This document shows positions 1 through 12,192 of a stretch of DNA of 64,000 bases, in pieces. Positions within the stretch are counted from its first letter, which is position 1. Every line of letters begins with the position of its first letter. The stretch spans positions 98,022,001-98,086,000 of the forward strand of contig NC_086107.1 in assembly GCF_963921235.1 (NCBI RefSeq). The letters run 5' to 3'. This DNA comes from Mobula hypostoma (Eukaryota). The translations under genes were made by a program, and so were the position numbers. Below the pieces are notes generated by a model. That model was not told the DNA's origin and did no database searches. It was given only the letters and a program-made list of their open reading frames with translations.

Positions 1-273
1 TGCTCTTGATGTATTTCTAGAATGCCTTGGAAATGTCGCTTCTATGTCTTTTTTTGGCCAGAACAGATGTGCTGATATACACTCCAAACAGGCCTCAGAG
101 TACAAAAGGTGCTGGAAACAATCAGCTGCTCGGGCAGCATCCATGCAAAATGAAACAGAGTTCATGTTTCAGATTAAGGACCCTTCATTATTTTCTCTTT
201 CCACAGATGCTGCCCAACCTTTTCTGTGCTTCCAATATTTTCTGTCTTTATTCCAACATCTAGTTTTTTTTTA

Positions 274-490
274 CAAACAACAGGAATTCTGCAGATGTTG
301 GAAATTCAAGCAACACACATCAAAGTTGCTGGTGAACGCAGCAGGCCAGGCAGCAGCTCTAGGAAGAGGTACAGTCGACGTTTCAGGCCGAGACCTGGCG
401 AAGGGTCTCGGCCTGAAATGTCGACTGTATCTCTTCCTAGAGATGCTGCCTGGCCTGCTGCGTTCACCAGGAACTTTGATGTGTGTTGCT
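274..490. mobile_element. Palindromic Penelope-tail mini-element
   Basis: Two inverted copies of the Penelope 3' end joined inside the hammerhead; TSD ctag(t)8-9a at 260-273 and 491-503. Confidence 0.88.
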
Positions 491-1687
491 CTAGTTTTTT
501 TTAAATTTTCAATTGCCTCTCCTTTACAGCTAGGTTTAACTGCACCCCTCTCATCCCTCATGAATTCCTTGTGAAATGAAGCACTGCTCTAGATTATTGT
601 CGCTCATCTCTTGCACTACCTCTACTAGGTGATGCTCTGTGGAGAGAGATGCAATGACGCAGTGTATTGCACTTGGCAGGATTCCAGTTGCTTGGGCCCA
701 TAGACGCTTCACTAGAAGACTCTGTTAATGAGTAATTCACCTCTGCCTCTGAAACAATCGCCTTTGTCTCCAGCTCTTGTGATTGTAATAGTAGTTAGGA
801 TAGTTAGGGAGAAACACATAAGTGCTAGAATCTGGAGCAACAGGCAATCTGCTGGAGGAACTCAGTGGAGCTTGACCCCTGCTGAGTTCCTCCAGCAGTT
901 TGTTTTTTCACTCTCTTGTTGTATGAATCTACCTATGTATTTATTATGGGCATGGGGGGCTAAATGTGGAAAGTAAATAATTTTCTTCAGATCAATGTTT
1001 ATTTACGCATGACACTGGACTTTGACATTATCTGGGTGTTAAAAACTCTTTCTGGTACTGATCCACATTCCTAGGTGTGCTGATCACCCTCTTGCCTTCA
1101 TGTGTTTCCACCAGGACTTCATATCTCTCTCCAGGTAATTCACGGGACACTTCCCTGGTTTTAGTGTTCTCTCTGTGCAGTATAGTCAAACACACACCAT
1201 TTGCTTCAGTGAGTTTGGCAATGTTGGAGCAGTTATTCTGGGGGCTGTGGCTCTTGCTGTAGGTGTTATATGTAGAAAGGTTAACACTGTTGCATTATGC
1301 CTGTTGCCATCTAAGGCAAGGTTTGCCATTTCAAACACAAAGTAAATGATTTTTAAATATTGGCAACTGTATATAATGAATGACACACCACAATTTCATC
1401 CAGAAACCGCAATCTCACACAATCGCTGGCATAATGTCTGCTACAATTTTCTCTTCCAGAACCCAAGGGAATAGTTATATTTTAGGTTCCTTACTTTCTC
1501 TAATACTTACTGTGTAGACATATTAGTAACCCTAAATCCCTCCCTGAACTCAATGTGTACTTCATTTACTAAGACCTCATTGATTAGAGGTTGAACTGAA
1601 GGTGTTTCTTTCACCAAAGGAATGGTAAAGGGTTGGAACTCACAAACCAAAAGGTTGTAGAGGTGAAGCTGCTTCCATTTTAAAAGT

Positions 1688-1839
1688 AACACACATAAAA
1701 GTTGCTGGTGAATGCAGCAGGCCAGGCAGCATCTCTAGGAAGAGGTGCAGTTGACGTTTCAGGCCGAGACCCTTCGTCAGTCCCCAGCAACTTTTATGTG
1801 TGTTACTTGAATTTCCAGCATCTGCACAATTCCTGTTGG
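1688..1839. mobile_element. Palindromic Penelope-tail mini-element
   Basis: Inverted tails; exact 15-bp TSD ttccattttaaaagt at 1673-1687 and 1840-1854. Confidence 0.9.
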
Positions 1840-2148
1840 TTCCATTTTAAAAGTGACTGGATGAATCCCTACAATATCATGATACACATGTTCATTTCCT
1901 AAGAGCTGGGCAGTGAGATTAGTCTACATCGCTTTTTATTGACTAGTGTGGACACCATGACCTTCACAATTTCTATGCTGGAAATTTCTATGGTTTCCTA
2001 AAAGATGATTTACTATGTGAATGCATGTATGAATAATTGTGGGAAGTAGACACAAGATCAACAAAAAAGCATTGCTATACATTATGTTAACCAATATCAC
2101 TATGCTCAGAATCATCTCATACTTAGTAATGTGTAAATATTTTCTTAC

Positions 2149-2240
2149 TTGTATAGGCACGTGCATACAGCACATTATCCAACACTGCATCTGCATCCAC
2201 ATTAAACCGTCCAGCAATCCCTCGTAGTCTATCTGGGCGG
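2149..2240 (-). CDS. DMC1: DMC1 coding exon (92 nt)
   Basis: [30 protein letters not shown](S); ttag| and |gtaag. Later exons were not found inside the window. Confidence 0.97.
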
Positions 2241-2596
2241 CTAATTCAGGATAAGGATTTTTGGTCTATGTAACTGGATATTTATAGAATATCACATGAT
2301 AATATCTCAGTTCCCTCAGGATTAATCACTTAAATAATTGTAATACATCAACATAAATACTGAAACTGTGCTGAATAAAGAAAATATACTTAGTATATTA
2401 CTACATATGAGCATCATGCTGGATGTAGATTCTGATTATTTAAGGTATCTAGAGATTGTAATTGTATCAACATATGAAATACAAATATTTGGCTAGGTTT
2501 TCCACAGATGAAATCCTCAGCAGAACAGGAAGATGTGTGTAATTGCCCAATGAATAGGTAGTCAATCTAATATAATGATGGAAGATACATGGCAAT

Positions 2597-3356
2597 CATT
2601 AGGAGTGAGATATACCAGCGAGTTGAGTGGTGTCGCAATAACAACCTTACACACATCAGTAAGACCAAGAGCTGATTGTGGACTTCAGGAAGAAAAGAGG
2701 AGGGAACAACTTAATCCTCATAGAGGGATCAGAAGTGGAGAGAGTGAACAACTTCAAAGTTACTATACCTCCAAGGATCTAATTAGGTCCCAACATTTTG
2801 ATGCCGCTATAAAGAAGGCAAGACAGTGGCTATATTTCATTAGGAGTTTGCGGAGATTTGGTTTGTTACCTAAAACACTCAAAAACTTATACAGATGCAA
2901 CATGGAGAGCATTCTGATTAGCTGCATAACCATCTAGCATGATTCGGGGGGGGGGGTACAGCAGATACATAGTAAGCTGCAGAGAGTTGTAAACTTAGTC
3001 AGCTCCATCATGGTCATTAGCCTCCTTAGTATTTAAGAGATCTTCAAGAAGCTGTGCCTCAGAAAAGTAGCTTCCATCGTCAAGGACACCCGCCACCCAG
3101 GACATGCCCTCTTCTCATTATTACCATCAGAAGCCTGAAGGCATATACTCAGCGACTTGGGAACAGTTTCTTCCCTCCTGCCATCCAATTTCTAAATGGA
3201 CATTGAACCCATGAACACTACCTCACTACTTTTTTTCTAAATTTCTGTTTTGTACTACTCACCTTTTCTCTATATTTATCATGTACTGCATTGTACTGCT
3301 GCTGCAAAATTAACAATTTCATGATATATGCTGGTGACATTAAACCTGATTCTGAT
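2597..3356 (+). mobile_element. Rex1/Babar-type 3' fragment
   Basis: KKARQWLYFIRSLRRFGL.PKTL.N.YRC..ESIL; tail cctgattctga. Confidence 0.85.
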
Positions 3357-4604
3357 CAGAATTAATCATATTGCTTAAGGTCTTCAAACCTCCCAAGTAC
3401 CAGGGAACTAAATCACTGGAGAGAACTGAATGAAGAAGAGATTATCAGTAAAGAAAAACAAGTAATGGAGGCAGAAACTGGAAGATAAGCCCCAGGTGTG
3501 TGAAACCCATCAATTAATCTTGCAATGAGTGCAAACACACTGAACAAGGTAGCACTGGTGATATATGGTGAAGTTTTGCTGGCAGCTCACAAACTACTAG
3601 ATATTCTACGAGATACTATTCTTCTGAACTATGATCAGTGCAACCCAAAGCCTGTAATTTCTCTTCAAGAAATGTACTTTTGTACTGTCTAGACAAGCTA
3701 ACAATTTTATGATCTCCTGAAGGTTTCAGCAAACTTGACTCTCAGAAATGCAGGTATGGTACCTTGAAGATGAAAGTTGACCATCATCGGGGCAGCCATC
3801 GTTGGGGCAGACTTGAAGCCAAATTAAGGGTCAAGGCCCAACAGCAGAAAAAAATGTTCAGCTCCACTACTCCATGCTGATTATAGCATCAAGATACAAG
3901 AGCAGAAAATAAACTGGTGTTAGTCCCATTCTTCTGCACCAATCAAAGCTTCAAGCCAGATTAAAGCATCAAGGCCCCAGAATGGAAATTGAACCAGTAT
4001 TCAATCCCATTACTCCGTACTAGCCAAGTATGGGAACAGTTGTTGTCCTACAGCCATTGGGCTCCTGAACATGCTTCACTTGCCTCAACACTGAACTGAC
4101 TCCACAGCCTGTAGACTAGTTTTCTCTGTTCTATGCATTATCTGTTTACATTTTTTTATTATTTGCATAATTTTTCATCTTTTGCACATTGGATGTTTAT
4201 TTGTCTTTGTGGAGTGTGTTTTTTCCTGAATTCTGTTGTGTTTCTTTATTTTGTGGCTGCACGCAAGGAGATAAATCTCAAGGTTGTATATGGTATACGT
4301 ACTTTGATAATACATTTACTTCGAACTTTCATCCGATCTTCAAACATCTTTATACAGGTTGAAACAAACAGACATCCCACCACAAGATAGCAATACATCC
4401 ACATTAATAAGATAGTAGCAAGTGGTAAGTATTGGTGGCTCAATGGCACAGCTGGCAGAGCTGCTGCTTCGTAGCTTCAGCCACCTGAGTTCATTCTGGA
4501 CGCTTGGTTCTGTCTGTGTAGACTGCATGTTCTCATGATTGCTCTGATTGCTTACCTTTCTTTCCACAGACAAAAGACATGTAGGTTGATAGATCTGGCT
4601 TTCT

Positions 4605-5487
4605 TGCAAAGTTTGCAGATGATACGAAGATCGGTGGAGGGGCAGGTAGTTTTGAGGAGATAGAGAGGCTACAGAAGGACTTAGATTAGGAGAATGGGCA
4701 AAGAAGTGGCAGATGGAATACAGCATCAGGAAGTGCATGGTCTTGGACTTTGGTATATGAAAGGGTTGACTATTTTCTAAATGGAGAGAAAATACAAAAA
4801 AACTGAGGCACAAAGGAATTTGGGAGTCATTTGCAGATTGAGTCTGTGGTGAGGAAGGTAAGTGTGATGTTAATGTTCATTTCAAGAGAACTAGAATATA
4901 AAAGCTAGGATGTAATGTTGAGAGTTTATTAAGCACTGGTGAGGTCTCAAATTGTGAGCAGTTTTGGGCCCCTTAGAAAGGATGTGCTGAAACTGGAGAG
5001 GGTTCAAAGGAGGTTCACGAAAATAATTCCAGGATTAAATGGCTTGTCATATGAAGAGCATTCGATAGCTCTGGGCCTGTACTCACTGGAATTCAGAAGA
5101 ATGAGGGGGTGACTTAATTAAAACCTATTGAATGGTGAAAGGCCTTGAGAGAATGGATGTGGAGAGGATGCTTAAGACCAGAGGACACAGCCTCAGAATA
5201 AAGGGGCATCCTTTTAGAAAGGAGATGAGGAGGAATTTCTTGAGCCAGAGAGTAGTGAATCTGTGGAATTCATTGCCACAGGCAGCTGTGGAGGCCAAGT
5301 CTTTATGTATATTTAAGGCAGAGGTTGGTAGATTCTTGATTGGTCAGGGCATGAAAGGATACGGGGAGAAGGAAGGAGATTGGAGCTGAGAGGGAAAATG
5401 GATTAGACATGATGAAATGGCGGAGAAGACTCGATGGGCTAAATGGCCTAATTCTGCTCCTATATCTTGTGGTCTTATGTTCTTATA
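4605..5487 (+). mobile_element. CR1 LINE 3' fragment
   Basis: TRGHSLRIKG..FRKEMRRNFLSQRVVNLWNSLP; tail tcttatgttcttat. Confidence 0.88.
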
Positions 5488-5758
5488 ACTTTAAAATTAT
5501 GGTCAAGCCAACTACCTCTATAAATTTCTCTGTGCAATGAACAGGTAGTATGTGATTTGTAGATGCAAATTGAAATGTTCGTATTGAAATTGAAATATTT
5601 GTCCTTGTGTCTTAGTAAAATATCTTAAGGCAGTAAAAAGTCAGGATTCAAATACAAGGAAGAAGGAAGTAAGTAAATTACTTATCATATATCAACAGGA
5701 TCTGTGACGACAACAGAAGCAACCATGGAATGCTAAAAGCTAATAAAACAAAGGATAC

Positions 5759-5831
5759 AAGGTATTCTCTGTATCAATGAAAATCACTTTTCCTCCACAG
5801 TATCCATTGGGTCCAGGAAGCTGAGCAGTCA
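5759..5831 (-). CDS. DMC1: DMC1 coding exon (73 nt)
   Basis: TAQLPGPNGYCGGKVIFIDTENT(F); tag| acceptor; donor |gtatcctttg (U12 consensus). Confidence 0.97.
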
Positions 5832-6195
5832 CTACAATGGAAGAAATTTAAATTATTTATCAAGGATAAATCAACTGATACAGTGCTGTACTCTTATCCA
5901 CCTGTATACCAACCTTCCCCCAAGACAGTCTACAAAACTCGATTCTCCCAAAAAACTTGTCTGTTAATTACTTCCATCTCCACCAAAGAATATAACTTTC
6001 CAATTACTGCAGATAAAATGCTATGTCTTTAATTCCCAACAGCTTGCTTTTTTAAGACTTTTAAGTATATAATTTTCACTGTTAAGTATGAATCACAACA
6101 AAGACTCAGATGTTCTAGTTCACATCCTGCAATTGTTGTAAATTCTTTTAATGTGTTGGTACTAAGCTATTTGTGTATTTTAAATGGGAGCTTAC

Positions 6196-6237
6196 CACAG
6201 AAAGTGTGTGACAGCTGTGTCTTTCCAGTTCTAAATT
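6196..6237 (-). CDS. DMC1: DMC1 coding exon (42 nt, Walker A)
   Basis: (E)FRTGKTQLSHTFC(V) completes Walker A GEFRTGKT; cag| and |gtaag. Confidence 0.97.
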
Positions 6238-6454
6238 CTGCAAATAAAAACAGAAATTAGTGACTTAAAAATAACGCAATACCCTGAAGATCTGAAAATG
6301 CTTTAATGTTAATGAATTACTTCTGAAGTGTAGTTTTGTATACAAGTAACAGAGCACATTAAGATACTACAATCAGAAATAAATTAAATGATGTTTCAGT
6401 GCTTTTGGATCCAGGATCAAAGTTGATCAGAACATCAGCGTGTAATCCTTTAAA

Positions 6455-6690
6455 TAGTGGCAAGTGGTAAGTATTGGTGGCTCACTGGCACAGTTGGTAG
6501 AGCTGCTTCCTTGCAGCTTCAGCCACTTGGATTCATTCTGGCTGCAAGGTCCTGTCTGTGTGGACTTTGCATGTTCTCCTTATGACTCAGGGTGTTCCAC
6601 GTTCCTTCCATGACGCAAAGACATGTGGGTTGTTAGATTAATTGTCCACCGTAAGTTGCTCCTAGTGTGTAAGTGAGTGGTAGAATTTAT
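6455..6690 (+). mobile_element. V-SINE-like tRNA-derived SINE
   Basis: tgtgtggactttgcatgttctcc...aaagacatgtgggtt...aattg core; related copies at 4412-4590 and 45930-46195. Confidence 0.7.
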
Positions 6691-7067
6691 AAGTTCCTTG
6701 TTATAGACAAAGGCCAAAGTCAAAAATGCTCAAATGCTGATTAAATTGCTTTAGATGAAACAAATCCTATGGGAGATAAACCATCTGTAGTAAAGAAACC
6801 CTCAAAGAGCACCTCTATAAATTAAAAAAATGTTGGAAACATTCAGCATTCTTTTTCTTGACCTGCTGGGCATATCTCATATCCTCACTATTAACAACAA
6901 ATTGTTCAGACAAGGAAGGATAATGTGCTTGTAATTTTCTCCTTTAACCCAGTTGGATTCTGTTTGTTCTACCCAAATCATCTAATCCCTCCCTCACCTT
7001 CTCTACTACTGAAAATAAACTAGTTTTTCTCCCTTTCCTGGTTCCTTCCTGAACCTGAAACATTTGT

Positions 7068-7200
7068 TTGAGACACAAGAGACTGCAGATGCTGGAATCT
7101 GGAGCAACAATGTGCCGAAAGAACTCAGTGAGCCAGGCAGCATCTCTGGAAGGAAAGAGACTATTTCTGTTTCAGGCTGCAACCCTACTTCAGGATTGGG
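7068..7200 (-). mobile_element. Diverged Penelope-tail fragment
   Basis: ctgcagatgctggaatctggagc...ccaggcagcatct...gtttcagg motif order. Confidence 0.6.
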
Positions 7201-7443
7201 AGTGGACAGGCAAGATGGCCAGCATAGAGAGGAGAAAGGGGTGGCAAAAATGGTTTCAGGCACAATCGGTGGACTGAGGAGGTGTGCAAGATGATGGACA
7301 GATCTTGCCAGGTAGAAAGACTATGGCAGGTGAATAATATATGAGGGCAGATAAAGGGAGTGAGGAAAAAGAAAAAAAAACATAGTATTTTGAATTTATT
7401 TATTCATTTATATTAACTAATCATTGTTTCTCTATGCACTCAC

Positions 7444-7496
7444 CACCAAACACCTCTGTAATTGCCATGCTTTCAATTCCTCCACCCAGCAATTTA
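7444..7496 (-). CDS. DMC1: DMC1 coding exon (53 nt)
   Basis: KLLGGGIESMAITEVFG; cag| and |gtgagt; phases join both neighbours. Confidence 0.97.
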
Positions 7497-7869
7497 CTGC
7501 AAAACAACATGAATATTAATGATACACAAAATCTCATTCATTTTCTTGCAAAAGGTGCAGCACTCATCAGGTATGTTGACATGAATGTGGCAGATAACAA
7601 TAGTACAGACAGCAAACTCCCTTTATATGTACACAAACCATGAATTATTTCCCTGAAATCCGATTTAAAATATTTTGCAATTTCATTAAGAATTTTGAAT
7701 TATTCGCCAGCCCATTTTGCTATTTCTGCTTTAAATGAATTTTTTTTTAAACCGAGATTGCTAGAAATCCAAAATGAAAATGTAAAATCTGAAAACACTC
7801 AGCAGACTAGGAACATCTGTGGAAAGAGAAACAGAATTAATCTTTCAGGGCAAACAATCTTAAAGAATA

Positions 7870-8640
7870 TTTATAGCCATAGTCACAAAGCAATACAGCA
7901 TGGATATAGGCCCCCTGGCCCAACAAATCCATGCCAACCATGGTGTCCACCCAGCTGATATGAATTTCCTCTTTTACTCCATATCCCTCCAAGTACCTAT
8001 CAAAGTGCTTCTAAATGATGATATTGAATCTGTCTCAACCACTCAAACATAAATGAAGCAGTTTATTCCATATAATCAACACCCTCACTGAAAATGTTGC
8101 CCCTTTGGTCTTTTCTAAATATTTCCACTCTAAGCCTAAACCTATGTCCTTGTTTTAAACTCACCTACCCTGTGGACAAAACTGATACCATCCACTTTAT
8201 CTGTGTCCCTCATCATCTTAAACATTTCCAAAAGCTCGCCCCTTATTTTCCTATGTTCCAAGGAATAACTACTTAGCCTGGCCAACCTCTCCCTATAGCT
8301 CAGGCCTTCTAGTCCTGGCAACATCCTTATAGATCTTCTCTGCACTCCTTTGAATTTAACCATCTAATACGGTGACCAAAATTGTACACAGTTCTCCAAG
8401 CGTGGGCTTACCAATTACTTATACAGCAGCAACATAATGCCCCAACTGCTCAGTGTCCTGCCTGAAAAAGGCCAGTGCATTTTTAATGTGAAAAATATGT
8501 ATTTTTTTTAACCACACTCTCTACCTGTGACGCTTTTCATTGAGCTATGCATGTACTCCTAGGATCTCTGTTCCATATACCTTTTTAGTGCCCTATCCTT
8601 AATAGTATAAAGCTTTATACTTCGACTTTCCAAAAGGCAT
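7870..8640 (-). mobile_element. Decayed CR1 3' fragment
   Basis: RMLPGLEGLSYRERLARL..YSLE motif. Confidence 0.75.
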
Positions 8641-9527
8641 CACCTCAACCAGTGGTTACAATAGGCAAATGCTTACAAAGTGCATCACATGAACTTATCT
8701 CTTCCATTGCCTTGTAGCTTCCGCAATAACTACAAGAAACATATACCTAGAAATGCAACTGCACGTTTCTTTTCAGCATAAAGCAACTAAAATTTATTTT
8801 ATCAGCATTGGAGACATGTGTTCTGAAAGGAGGAAAGGTATTATCAGCAAGTACAAGGGATCCTGGATATCAAGGGATGGATAAAACGAAAGGAAGTATA
8901 CAGCAGGTGTAAGGAACTGAAAGGAGGCGAGGCTTTTCGGGAGTACAGAAAGTGAAATGGGGTACTTAAAATAGAAATTAGGAGGGAAAAAATGTGTATG
9001 AAATATCTCTAGAGGACAAGACTAAGGGAAATCCCAAAACATTTTCTAAGTTACTTTGGCCAGGAGGATAACTAGGGAGAAAGCAGGGACCAAATTGATA
9101 ATCTGTGTGTGGAGACAGAGGACACAGGTGAGGTCAAAGAGGGATACTGCTAATTTGTATTCATTAAGCACAATGTATTGTAGTTAGAGAATTCAGGGAT
9201 GGAGGGGGCAATGAAATGCTAGAACATTAAAAGGGAACAGGTATTAAGTGTCTTAGCAAGCTAAAAGCTGCTAAATCCATTGGGACTAATGTGATGCATC
9301 TTAGACTGCTACTGAAGGTAAGGTAAGAGATTGTGGAGACCCTGGACAAACTTAGAAGGCATTGGATCAAGGTCTGCTAAATGGGATTATTATAAATGGT
9401 CAGCGTAGACATAAAGGACCAAACATGTCATTTCTGTTCTGTATGACTTTAAAATCAAAAATATGCAGATGTTCTGACTCCTTTAACTATAAATGACTTT
9501 GCTTCCATAAATAAATATCATTCTCAC

Positions 9528-9610
9528 TCTAATTCTTGGCTGCCAGTAGTAATGTGAAACACTGTTTTCCTCTTCTCGCTATACTCAAATGCAGTGAGAA
9601 ACCCTGGCTC
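9528..9610 (-). CDS. DMC1: DMC1 coding exon (83 nt)
   Basis: EPGFLTAFEYSEKRKTVFHITTGSQEL(D); cag| and |gtgag. Confidence 0.97.
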
Positions 9611-9740
9611 CTGCAACACATAAACAAGATTTGTTCACAAGTAAATCACTCAAAGTCTTTCAGAAATATCATTCTGGGCAATAACAAGAAAATATCATAT
9701 TATGAGCAGAAACAAAAATATAATAGTCTGCAGATTACAT

Positions 9741-10195
9741 AAACACGAGATATTCTGCAGATGCCGGAAATCCAAAGCAATACACAAAATGCTGGAGGAA
9801 CTCAGCAGGTCGGGCAGCATCAATGGAATTGAATAAAAAATCTTTGGTTTGTCCCAAGATCCTTCTTCAGGACTGGAAAAGAAGGGGGAAGGTGCCAGAG
9901 AAAAACAACAGTGGGGGAGGGGAAGGTGGTAAGTGGAGCCAGGTGGGTAGGAAAGGTAAAGGGCTGGAGAGGAAGGAACCCGATAGGAGATGAAAGTGGA
10001 CCATAGGAGAAAGGAATCCAGGGGAGGTGATAGGCATGTGAGAAGAGTTAAGAGGCCAGAGTGGGGAATAGAGGAAGAGGAGAGGGGGAGGGATTTTTTT
10101 TAACTGTAAGGAGAAATCGTTGTTAATACCATTGGTTTGGAGACTACTCAAGTGGAATATAAGATGTTGCTCCTCAACCCTGAGGGTGGCAGCTT
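9741..10195 (-). mobile_element. Penelope-like 3' fragment
   Basis: Encodes ATLRVEEQHLIFHLSSLQTNGINNDFS (end of the GIY-YIG domain) plus 3' UTR and tail. Confidence 0.85.
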
Positions 10196-11339
10196 GCATT
10201 TATGTGATACACCATTATAAATGTTATTAATTAGTCATCTGAGTGCAACTATCTCAGCTTCAGGACATTGAGTAGAAAGGCCACAAGATCTAAATGACAT
10301 TCAGGCTTTAGTTGCTAATAGCACATAACCTTTTTTAATCATACAAATAGAAAGTAATTTTCATCTCCAACAAAATTTAAAGTACTGCCCTGTGGCTCTC
10401 AATGCATTACCAATACATTGCTGAATTCAACACCTATAGTTCTGCCATCATCACTGGCCATGCATTTTACTTGGACATGCCATATTATTACTCCAGCAAC
10501 ATAAACAAATGGGAAGTCAGACACCAAGGTACTCAACTTCATTACAGAATTCATCACATCAAAGTACATTTCTGATCAAAGTATGTATAATTTATCCACC
10601 TTGAGATTTGTTTGCATACGGGCAGCCACAAAGAAGAAACCTGAAGAAACCAATTTTAAAAATTGCCCAAGCCTCAATCACAGTTCAGCATATTAGTGGA
10701 GCAAAAACATGGTGAAACTTGTGACTCTGACTGCCACCAAAGAGAAGAACGAACACTGTGAGAGAGCGAGTGAAATCAGCCAGACTTTCGCCTCCGCATT
10801 CAGGCTTTCAAGTCTTTATGAGTTGGCATTTAAATTGTCTAAGCACTGGGTAGTGCCTCGCTCTATGACCCATGCTCCAGCTCAGCGACACACCGCACAG
10901 CTCAACGCCGTTCTTGATCTCACCAAATCGGCTCTGAAGGAGGGAGAGCAGGGGACATAGTGCAGAGAGGGAGAGGATGATAAGTGGTTGGAATATCAGC
11001 AGGAAAGCATTTTGGAAACAGTGACTGTAGTCAGTGAGTTTTAAGGTGTGGAAAATGATAAGGATGGTCCAGGAATTAAAGTCCAGAAATGGAGAAAAGC
11101 CAATTTTAATATTTAAGATATAATCTGGCAAACGTAGAGCTGGAGCAGCTACTTCCAGAGCTCACAAGTGCAGGTCAATGAGTTCAGGTCCAATGTGTTC
11201 CCACCAGAGTGAAATGAAAGAACAGAAAGGTCAAGGAACTCTGGATATCAAAGGATAATTAGAAATGGATAAAAATATGGAGCACATGGCTGTACGGAGA
11301 ACTGAAAATGAAAGAAGCCCTTCAAGAGTAAAGAAATAC

Positions 11340-11580
11340 AGGGGATACTATGAAGAAATTAGGGGGGAAAGCATATGAGAAGGAGAAAGGAAAGAGAGAA
11401 GGAGACCAGGTGGGGGAAGAGTCAGAGGAAATTGGGAGGAGTGAGAGGGTAGGGAATGGTTATGGAAAGGATGTACAAGAATGGAAAGTGGGCAAAAGAA
11501 GAAGGAGCACATGAGGGAGAGAGAGGAGAGAGGGGAGAGGGGAGAGGTAGAGGATGAGAAGAAAGGAGAATGCACATGAG
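11340..11580. repeat. Purine-rich (GA) low-complexity tract
   Basis: Direct inspection. Confidence 0.7.
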
Positions 11581-11964
11581 ACAATGACACTCTTACAAAC
11601 CTTGACCATTATGGTTAAGGTTAATTGACACTTCATAGCATTTATTTCATGTACATGAAGTTTCACTCCTGTCACTGACTTTAAGGTTAACATCTTCCCC
11701 TAGCTACTTACCTAACGAAATGGATTATTAAATAGTTTGTACTAAAATAATAAGTAATAGAATTAGAAGTGGGTGAGCAATAGAGTCATAACAACAAGAT
11801 GGGAAAGGGACAAAAATTTCATATGTGTCCTGCACCAGATGAAATTGCTGCCGGGTACTTAATCATTATAATTTCAAAGCCCAGTAAATCAAAATAAAGA
11901 CTGTAGATGCTGGAAATCTGAAACAGAAAAACCGAAAATACTCAGCCGATCAGGCAGTAGTTAT

Positions 11965-12192
11965 AAGAAAGAGAAAATCTGCAGATACTGGAATTCCAAG
12001 CAACACACACAAAATGATGGAGGAACTCAGCAGATTAGGCAGCATCTATGGAAAAGAGTAAACAGTCAGTGTTTCGGGCCAAGACCCTTCTTCATGATTT
12101 ATGAAGGGTCTCGGCCTGAAATGTTTACTGTTTACTCTTTTCCATAGATGCCACCTACCTGCTGGGTTCCTCCAGCAATTGTGTGTGTGCTG
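11965..12192. mobile_element. Palindromic Penelope-tail mini-element (second subfamily) nested in an older one
   Basis: Exact 14-bp TSD caggcagtagttat at 11951-11964 and 12193-12206; outer inverted tails at ~11900-11950 and ~12207-12240. Confidence 0.85.

Larger units (their letters stand above)
2241..5758 (-). other. DMC1: U12-type (minor spliceosome) GT-AG intron of DMC1
   Basis: 5' site GTATCCTTTG. 3' end ...aatccttatcctgaattag has a TCCTTA branch-like motif close to the AG and no long pyrimidine tract. Confidence 0.85.

Noticed and set aside
44-574. Recurrent ORFs containing LVNAAGQAAS.GRG.VDVSGRD as a protein family
   Set aside because: These are antisense readings of the non-coding Penelope tail and hammerhead.
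1-2148. Next DMC1 exon (EHQMELLDYVAAKF...)
   Set aside because: No matching sequence seen; it presumably lies before the window start.
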